This document shows positions 57,901 through 64,000 of a stretch of DNA of 64,000 bases, piece by piece. Source of the stretch: a virus; IMG/VR virus record IMGVR_UViG_3300035698_010358, positions 1 to 64,000 of that record, one strand, 5' to 3'. The translations under genes were made by a program, and so were the position numbers. The notes beneath the pieces are model-generated. The model was not told the DNA's origin, did no database searches, and saw nothing but the letters and a program-made list of their open reading frames with translations. Numbering within the stretch: position 1 is the stretch's first letter; every line of letters starts with the position of its first letter.

Positions 57901-59050
57901 GTCGGTGGGTATCAAGAATGAAACAATGCAGCTTCATGATTCCCCAAACTCTTTCAAGCTCAGTGATACAGAGGGCACTCGGGTTTTTGTTGGTTGTGAG
58001 AAAATGTCTGTAGACGAATTCTGGAAAATCATATCCAAGAATCTGGTTAAAGATTTAAGGAGTCGTGTTAATAATTGGGTGAGGGATTGGAGACGGTCAG
58101 TATTAAAAGAGGATCCTGAAACCGAACAAAGTTCACAAGGTTTAAATACCATTGCCCATTTTTTCTCTGTTCTTTCAGGTGTTTACGGTATAGCAGGCAT
58201 AACGAAAATCAAACGAACGAGTAAATCAAAGAATAGAAAAATTGGTGTAACTAGTCCTGTCTTCCCCGTATCTGATGCCCGGGGTTATGAGATCATAGGT
58301 TCCTATCGGTATGGCCGAGGTGTGGATATTGATGAGAATGGTGTATTCTCTCAGTTGGTTAATGAGGGTCCTCTGCAAAGTTTGGATACCGCCAGTGTGG
58401 ATAAGTTTGTTGATGGCATTATACGAAGAAAATCAACCGTTAAGTATGCACAAACTCAGGCTTTATTACAGAGCCTTTCTAAGGCTCGTCCTGAAGATGA
58501 AGCTCTAGCTTCTATTCGTCAGAAATTAAATAATTCAGGTTCCAATGAAGCAACACAAACTCAATTGCTGACGGAAGGGCTTCGTAACTGGTATACCAGT
58601 GCCGTGAAGGACGGAGTAGCTAAAACAAAAATACAACTGACGAATGCTGCTTATTCCCTGGCTGATTTAGTTCCTGAGTCCCTTCGGGTTTGTAATTGTA
58701 AAATGGCTGAGGCCAATATTGTTCTTGAAAGTGCTCAAGACCGTGAGTTCATTCCAGTTGTGGAAGGATTTATGGAGCTGCAACAGGGCGACCCAGTAAC
58801 GGCAGCCAATGCAAAAGCAACGGCTGCTGCTGGACAGAATTGGATTCTTCATCAGAAAGCTCTCCGTGGTCAGGTTGCAGATAGAGACCCTGGAGATTTA
58901 GTGGACTTTGTATCCAGTTTGGATGAAACGTATGAAGCTGCCAAAAGAGCAACTCAACGTGCAGTAGATGATGTGGAAGATGCAGCAGAAGACCTTGTAG
59001 ATGCAGCAGAAAATATTGATGACTCCTTTGGTGGAGATGGAGAAGAATAA
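54917..59050 (+). CDS. Baseplate hub protein (large)
   Basis: GFEFFQDVDGDFVFKPPFYN, SVTIPLRPEIRPGYPVY; precedes the spike gene. Confidence 0.7.
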   Translation: MGIENRPFIGTWRLNRQQVIQHTPDCLVYLNGDLSLPGCARCNSKINIQEFVTEVSVDAGTDPGATSASFTLSVPVHHHESFARDAQFILRPGLEVHIYQRGFFPVEGMYQSTDDDTMPAYPYYHVFHGVVTQVGGSYSSGVQTFSVQCGSMLHFWQFQQVSTNASIFGKRPTNSGNKASSVGHNYTGQHPYEIIWHIHNDFISAAAGVGSALQSQTNISAMFGNKQLFSFAAKYWEERFKTSTIRLRMHGATGQLFNAAQAAFLGRASSKELIKLTRSRFNQSNTGSKSNSQVMSNATIRGSLTPDVLDALLYSERASGGSEPVDLNIVDMKAFVTDIGMFGQFNEFESTYESKMDMANKVCETTGFEFFQDVDGDFVFKPPFYNLDTSGSRTYCIEDIDIINISFDEKEPEITYMTAKSGAIKNVVGLGADGEYGVRAQYVDYRLVAQYGWRPGEFETAYFNDKDAMQHAAANRMDIMNAPSKSASVTIPLRPEIRPGYPVYIRYLDCFYYCNSFSHSFMAGGQCTTTLQLIAKRAKFFAPGDVDKPNGGIDAIHLDNPSMPARPLQVEDNMGYPTLMGFPNVVMGLDPNRVDPRIMLLGGGVFDVSIPTMISGIIQMALDMKVIRFAGGADMGTLFEMQTGENTTMKFSYDIDQDLLPPGTHPPVNATGEFADLAAGVDKYKTLLDGLGASKKTRRAALRKASKGVTKARADYKKTSKKKKTERVNARAKIKTARKKVVAASNNLKQCEIAFEEKLSKINDTDPVKMLYSIILNMQSMRDGSRKDIHSTSFILDVLADKKATRTNGNMPGSYRYYSSSHPDSKHQGMGSLTINVTEGDKSHTIVDEPLEEGPIEGEGFLPGGSQTPLNKAVDSKFGIIPVTKGIKILNGDPKKKGGVVVPTSEIRELSFSPVHYNLTSVKTTTIQKANPGALGAKFFANLTSSAVVQGAAQSKASTLRDAFTDWIASLGFILTSAANEADPDIEKPAPLTLLSVGIKNETMQLHDSPNSFKLSDTEGTRVFVGCEKMSVDEFWKIISKNLVKDLRSRVNNWVRDWRRSVLKEDPETEQSSQGLNTIAHFFSVLSGVYGIAGITKIKRTSKSKNRKIGVTSPVFPVSDARGYEIIGSYRYGRGVDIDENGVFSQLVNEGPLQSLDTASVDKFVDGIIRRKSTVKYAQTQALLQSLSKARPEDEALASIRQKLNNSGSNEATQTQLLTEGLRNWYTSAVKDGVAKTKIQLTNAAYSLADLVPESLRVCNCKMAEANIVLESAQDREFIPVVEGFMELQQGDPVTAANAKATAAAGQNWILHQKALRGQVADRDPGDLVDFVSSLDETYEAAKRATQRAVDDVEDAAEDLVDAAENIDDSFGGDGEE

Positions 59051-61497
59051 TGGCAACAGCAATCAATCCTCAAGCAGGTTTGGGTGGGCACGGTTCGGTT
59101 CCTTGGGGACAACTGAAAGCCTCAACTGCTTTTGCAGCTAAGAGTAAAAAGGATATGAATCCCGATAGCAATTGGGGTTTGGGTACGGCACGGGTGCTAA
59201 ATATCAACTATGTCGAGATGTTTGTCACCCTTCGGACTCTAATGGGGGCTTCCGGTACATTTGATCGTGTCCCTGTTCCTATAACCTTCCCAGGGGCTGG
59301 GGCTCGTCATTTTTTCGGTGCCATGCCTGAAATCGGTGACATTTGTGTGGTTGGGTGGATGCCCCCAGAGAGTATATCCCAGACTAATACTCGAACACCC
59401 GTTATTCTTTCATGGTTAATACCTGGCGTATGGCCCGGTCAGGATTGGGTAACTACTTCTGATTTTGACCCTGATGAATACGATATCAATAACCCGAAAG
59501 ACCAGCAAGCTCTACGGGGAGTTTATTCTCAGACCCGACATAAACTTCGGCACATCCAGCCTGGTAATATTGTGGCTTCATCTTCCCAAGGTTCTGATAT
59601 GGTTCTGGATGAGGGTGTTACTTTGGCCAACCGTCGGGGGAATGAAATCCGATTACGGGACCAGGATCAAGCCTTGGTTACTCGAAGTCTGCAACAATTC
59701 CATGCAATGGCGGGTACTCGAATTTATGCTGGTATGGTTCAACGTGATGCTCGGTTATTGCCGGCCATGTGTGTTTCTGATGGGTATGAGTGGGATAGTA
59801 AAACTCAGGCTTATGCTGGAGAGGCTATTAGTGATTCTGAGCTTGCTGTTGACTCTCAAGCTGGGGAAGGGTTCTATACTCCTTCTAAATTATTCCAACG
59901 TCGTCAATTAACTACTACTGAAGGGGATTTGGCTGGGCAGCCTTTCCCCATTTCTTCATATTTGGACCCCTATAAATTTCTCCAACGGGGTGGGTTTATT
60001 GATGATGCCGGTTATGTTCTTGATATTAATCATATTCCAGCAGTTAGTGATGCCGTGTACGGAGGAAAGTCCTTCTTCCGAGTGGCCAATCAGGGTCTTC
60101 AAAATGCAGCAGTGGAAACAGACACCCCAACTCTGACAGAATATCGTATCGAGTTAGCTCATACATCTGATGGTCGTTTACCAGTCACCGAACAGACCGA
60201 CATGTTTGATGCCGAACGGCTTTTGGAGACTGATCCAAATGTTCCTGGGGCAACCTCTACGAACACCCCCTTCATTGAATGGGTAATGGGTTCCGTCGTA
60301 GGTAATGACCCATATTCAGCCAAAGGGCAAGAGGGTTATGGTTTGCCCGTGGTCCCTATCATTTTTGATGGGGATACTCCTGCTCCCAGATTGGAACCTG
60401 CTAAAATCACGGATGCTGCAGACGGTAGTACCCCAACCCCTATGAAGAACCAAGCAGCCATGCTTTTCCGTATGGCCCCCCCAACGGCTGAACCAGCAGC
60501 CCCTACTTTCTGGTCGGTCAATAAACAGGGGCAGTTCCGAGGTTACATCGGAGGTGAATCTAAAGAAGATTCAGTCCATTTATATGCCCAAGGAAATATT
60601 AAAATTGGCACCGGAGGGAAATTAGACCTCCAGTTACAGGATGGGATAAATCTCAGTGCTTTAGGGAAGAATGATTTTAATCTGAATTCTCCTGAAGGGG
60701 CTGTTGTTATCTACGGTGGTGGGCCAATCAAGACGGCTGAAACCACAGTAGAACGAGCTTCCGGCACAGGTGGTGGTGAAGGTGATGTTCCTGCCGTGGA
60801 TATTGGGGCTAAGACTAATATCCGATTGATGGCTGAGAAGAAAATTCTTCTGAAAAGTAACACTCACGAAACTCAGGCCACCAGTATAAAGTTGATCGGT
60901 CATGAGAAAATTGAAATCAACGGTACGAAGACTATCAGTGAGTCCACTGAGAACTATCAATTGACGGTTAGTTCTCAGGCTTCAGAGTCTTATAGCGGCC
61001 CGAAATATTTACTCCCAACCAACTTTCCTTTGCATGAGCGGGTATATACGAGTCAGTACCCAGGTTTCACGGGTGAGAAAATCTCTTATCAGATGTGTGA
61101 CCGTGAAGAAGAGTTCAAGATTCTCGGTAATCATTCAACGAAGATGCAAATTGGGGATATGACTTATGAAACATTGCTGGGCAAGTGGTCAGCTACAGCA
61201 ACAGCAAACAGTCTTGAAGTGGACTCAACCTCTGGTATTACCGGAGAAGCTAAGGTAGGGAACGTAGTTTTAAAGACTTTGGTTGGGACAGCTACCGTTT
61301 CAGGAATGGCCACGGCCACGTTGGAAGCAACGGCGGGTGTGGCTACAGTTCGGGGTGGTTCCGGTGTTACACTGGCAGCTCCGATTACAGGTCCGGACTC
61401 AGGTCCGATTATTTGTGCAGGTTCTCTGGAGCCTTTTACTAATTTGCCATTTGCCACCTGGGGTATGGGTGCCAAAATGCATAATGTATCGGCTTAA
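59050..61497 (+). CDS. Baseplate spike protein (gp5/VgrG-like)
   Basis: OB-fold-like MPEIGDICVVGW; beta-repeat C-terminus. Confidence 0.65.
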   Translation: MATAINPQAGLGGHGSVPWGQLKASTAFAAKSKKDMNPDSNWGLGTARVLNINYVEMFVTLRTLMGASGTFDRVPVPITFPGAGARHFFGAMPEIGDICVVGWMPPESISQTNTRTPVILSWLIPGVWPGQDWVTTSDFDPDEYDINNPKDQQALRGVYSQTRHKLRHIQPGNIVASSSQGSDMVLDEGVTLANRRGNEIRLRDQDQALVTRSLQQFHAMAGTRIYAGMVQRDARLLPAMCVSDGYEWDSKTQAYAGEAISDSELAVDSQAGEGFYTPSKLFQRRQLTTTEGDLAGQPFPISSYLDPYKFLQRGGFIDDAGYVLDINHIPAVSDAVYGGKSFFRVANQGLQNAAVETDTPTLTEYRIELAHTSDGRLPVTEQTDMFDAERLLETDPNVPGATSTNTPFIEWVMGSVVGNDPYSAKGQEGYGLPVVPIIFDGDTPAPRLEPAKITDAADGSTPTPMKNQAAMLFRMAPPTAEPAAPTFWSVNKQGQFRGYIGGESKEDSVHLYAQGNIKIGTGGKLDLQLQDGINLSALGKNDFNLNSPEGAVVIYGGGPIKTAETTVERASGTGGGEGDVPAVDIGAKTNIRLMAEKKILLKSNTHETQATSIKLIGHEKIEINGTKTISESTENYQLTVSSQASESYSGPKYLLPTNFPLHERVYTSQYPGFTGEKISYQMCDREEEFKILGNHSTKMQIGDMTYETLLGKWSATATANSLEVDSTSGITGEAKVGNVVLKTLVGTATVSGMATATLEATAGVATVRGGSGVTLAAPITGPDSGPIICAGSLEPFTNLPFATWGMGAKMHNVSA

Positions 61498-61499
61498 TT

Positions 61500-62102
61500 A
61501 TGGCACTTAGCCCCAACATCATCACGTCAGCTTTGTTGGCAAATAGAGCATCAGGTGGTTTTCCTATGGCAGGGGTGAATTTTGACCGTCTGGCTTTAGG
61601 TGTGGGGATGGCTGTCGGAACGTGGGCAATCAGTCAGCCACAGAATTTGGCTTTAACGGGCGTAACAACAGGAACTGTTGGTTCTGGGGTAATAAATCCA
61701 GCAGCTTCCAAAATTATTGTTCCTCCTTCTGTATCTATTATGTCGGGAGCAATAGCTGGGGCGGGTATGGTAGGACCACTGGCTCAGTCTCTGGCCGTGA
61801 TTGTTACATTGGCAATTTCACAGTCTTTCTCAGCTTCGGCTCAGTATTCAGGAGTTTCAGCTGGTGTTGGTTTAGGTTCCGATGTTTCGATGATGAGTGT
61901 GGCTAATTCAGCAACTCTGGTAGGGCTCCTGATGGCAAACTTGACGGCAACGTTGGGGCCTGGGGCTGCTTTGATAACAATGGCTTCTGGTCTGGGTAAT
62001 GGGATTGCTTCCTTACTCATGACGGGAACAGGTGTTGGTTCTGTAATGGGATCCCCTGTTTCTGCTTCAGGAGCGGGTACTTCACTAAGTGTGGTGGTAT
62101 AG
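61500..62102 (+). CDS. Gly/Ala/Ser-rich hydrophobic baseplate-associated protein
   Basis: 200-aa ORF directly after the spike gene. Confidence 0.55.
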   Translation: MALSPNIITSALLANRASGGFPMAGVNFDRLALGVGMAVGTWAISQPQNLALTGVTTGTVGSGVINPAASKIIVPPSVSIMSGAIAGAGMVGPLAQSLAVIVTLAISQSFSASAQYSGVSAGVGLGSDVSMMSVANSATLVGLLMANLTATLGPGAALITMASGLGNGIASLLMTGTGVGSVMGSPVSASGAGTSLSVVV

Positions 62103-62104
62103 AT

Positions 62105-64000
62105 ATGAGCTTTCAATTTGATGGGAAAATACTAGAGGGTGTTCGACAGTCACCGGTGAATTCTCCAAAAACTGATGAGCCTGGGACTGGTGTGGTTCGA
62201 GATATCAGAGCTCTCCCTACAGGTTATACTTTAGATTCTCCTCCTTTAGTTTGTGCCACAGCCGACCAGTACCGTGTCGCTACTTTGGAAGCTCCCGGTT
62301 CGACAATCGTAGAATACTTGGTTTGGGCACAGAACTCAGCCCAACTGGCCACCGTGGATGACCCTTCTTGGTATACAACAGAAGGCATTGGGAATATCCC
62401 GACAGGGGATTTAGATGTGATTTCTTATCCTGGTCCTGATCAGGTACTTTATATTGACGGGACTGTCAATGTCATCGTTGTAGATAACGGAAATCGAAGC
62501 ATTGGCTCCATCTTATGGCTTGTGGTGGCTCGTGGTGATGTAGAATATGACGATGATGGTTGGGATGATGTTGATAACCTAGCAGCAGGCAGAGAGGGCA
62601 GTAATCCATACTTGGTGTTTGGGATTGCTGTTGAAAATCAGAATCCTGTCTCTGGGATGGTGACATTAACCGATGCTCAATTAGCCCTACTCAGTGGAGG
62701 GTTGTCCCTCGGGCGTGGTGACAGAGTTATTCAACCTCGATACACGGCAGCTGCTCCACGATTCTGGTGGACCCGGAATGACAGGTACGAGAAGCGTTTC
62801 GGATGGAATGCTTCTATTCAACGATGGGAACCGTGGAAAGGTTCAGGGGTTAAGAACTTGGGGTACCTTCTGTTGGATGAGGCTTCGTTCACAATGGCCC
62901 CTAAACTCCAGAACTTCCCCGTTGGAGCTTTCCTGCCTGGTGATGCTCTTACTCCTGACAAGTATTCCATGATTCGACTGGGGACTGACCCCGGTGTTAC
63001 GAGTACTCCAGCAGCATCGGGAGATGGGTTCCTTGGGATCCAAGTGAAACCTGATGATTCTGTAGAGGATTTTGATTTCAGTGCTGCCACTACTTTGATT
63101 GGTGTCATGGGTCAGACTAACGGGAAACTGGTATTCAACCCAGCCTATGTGAACCTACATGCTGGAAAATCAGTTTGGTATTCGTACAAAGGGTTCTCTG
63201 GGGATGAAGATGGGGTTATTGGAAGTATTCAAGATGCCTTGACTTCCGACCTGTTCCTTGCACCTCTCCCTGGCCCAACCGATGCTCCTTTACTTCGATA
63301 TGGTAACCGGAGTTATTTGGATACCATAACCTTTGCAGATGATGCAGCCCTACAAGCTGAGGTTGATGCACCTGCCGAAGGTCAAGTTTATCTTTCATTA
63401 TCTACGGGGCGTTTGAAACTTAGTCCTGTGGATATGGGCAAAGCCAATCCCGATAGTCCATCCACATTTTCCAAGTATTACCTGGGAGATGATGTGGTTT
63501 ACGACGGGGTTTCTCTCTGTCAACGGCCACAACCGACCCGTTCTCCTGTTAGGATGCTTGATGCTGATAGTGCCCCGACTACAGATGCTGACGAAGTGTT
63601 CCTTCCAGAAGCTGAGTATCTTCCAGATGCTTACAGTTCCCTGGACTGGAATAATGCTTATCGAGGATTGGGTGTTTCAGGTATTTTGAATGTTCCTGAT
63701 GGAACCGGTTCGTTGCCCATAGTAGGGGATGTCCCTGTTCGTCCTGGTGGCGACAATTCCTATTCAGGCTCTCCTGATCCGAATGTAGGGATGGTAAGGC
63801 TCTTGGACGATGGGGTGAGTGACCTCATTATCTTCGGGCGTAATCATGCCATCACATCTACACGTTCTTATCGTATACCTGATGACAAGCCCTCCCGTAT
63901 TCGGGGTGGTAATGCTTACATCTGCCTTCAGGTTGAAGGTAGTGATCCAGGATCTCGTGTGGAAATGGGCCGGTATGACCGACGGAAACTGGATGGGGAT
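62105..64000 (+). CDS. Large structural (baseplate/fibre) protein, 3'-partial
   Basis: ATG two nt after the upstream stop; MSFQFDGKILEGVRQSP..., apparently open to the window end (absent from the ORF track because it has no stop). Confidence 0.7.
   Translation, partial: MSFQFDGKILEGVRQSPVNSPKTDEPGTGVVRDIRALPTGYTLDSPPLVCATADQYRVATLEAPGSTIVEYLVWAQNSAQLATVDDPSWYTTEGIGNIPTGDLDVISYPGPDQVLYIDGTVNVIVVDNGNRSIGSILWLVVARGDVEYDDDGWDDVDNLAAGREGSNPYLVFGIAVENQNPVSGMVTLTDAQLALLSGGLSLGRGDRVIQPRYTAAAPRFWWTRNDRYEKRFGWNASIQRWEPWKGSGVKNLGYLLLDEASFTMAPKLQNFPVGAFLPGDALTPDKYSMIRLGTDPGVTSTPAASGDGFLGIQVKPDDSVEDFDFSAATTLIGVMGQTNGKLVFNPAYVNLHAGKSVWYSYKGFSGDEDGVIGSIQDALTSDLFLAPLPGPTDAPLLRYGNRSYLDTITFADDAALQAEVDAPAEGQVYLSLSTGRLKLSPVDMGKANPDSPSTFSKYYLGDDVVYDGVSLCQRPQPTRSPVRMLDADSAPTTDADEVFLPEAEYLPDAYSSLDWNNAYRGLGVSGILNVPDGTGSLPIVGDVPVRPGGDNSYSGSPDPNVGMVRLLDDGVSDLIIFGRNHAITSTRSYRIPDDKPSRIRGGNAYICLQVEGSDPGSRVEMGRYDRRKLDGD

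Noticed and set aside
35092-61497. Bacterial contractile injection system or tailocin
   Set aside because: Capsid, protease and scaffold genes are in the same locus, indicating a phage

Overview
This window looks like the virion-morphogenesis region of a large (probably jumbo) myovirus-type phage. Almost all genes lie on the + strand and read in the standard code. The order is: head module (prohead protease, acidic scaffold, decoration protein, major capsid protein), accessory and neck genes, a very large tail sheath, tail tube, chaperones, tape measure, and baseplate hub/spike. All calls come from reading motifs by eye and from synteny; no database search was run. The strongest discovery is a putative neck/head-tail gene (18688-22467) fractured into three ORFs. 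Two tandem, atypically split inteins would rejoin them (32-aa and 31-aa N-halves; one Cys1/Cys+1, one Ser1/Ser+1), and each split point holds a free-standing homing endonuclease. Second, a cluster at 30999-33165 encodes a nuclease-less terminase ATPase and two small proteins that align with one domain of the phage's own capsid protein; these are candidate immune decoys. Other observations are shared peptide tags on variable cargo proteins, an actin-like ATPase, a recurrent late-promoter motif, two genes broken at C6 runs, and a 5.4-kb non-structural insert between sheath and tube. No tRNA, rRNA or CRISPR array was seen.
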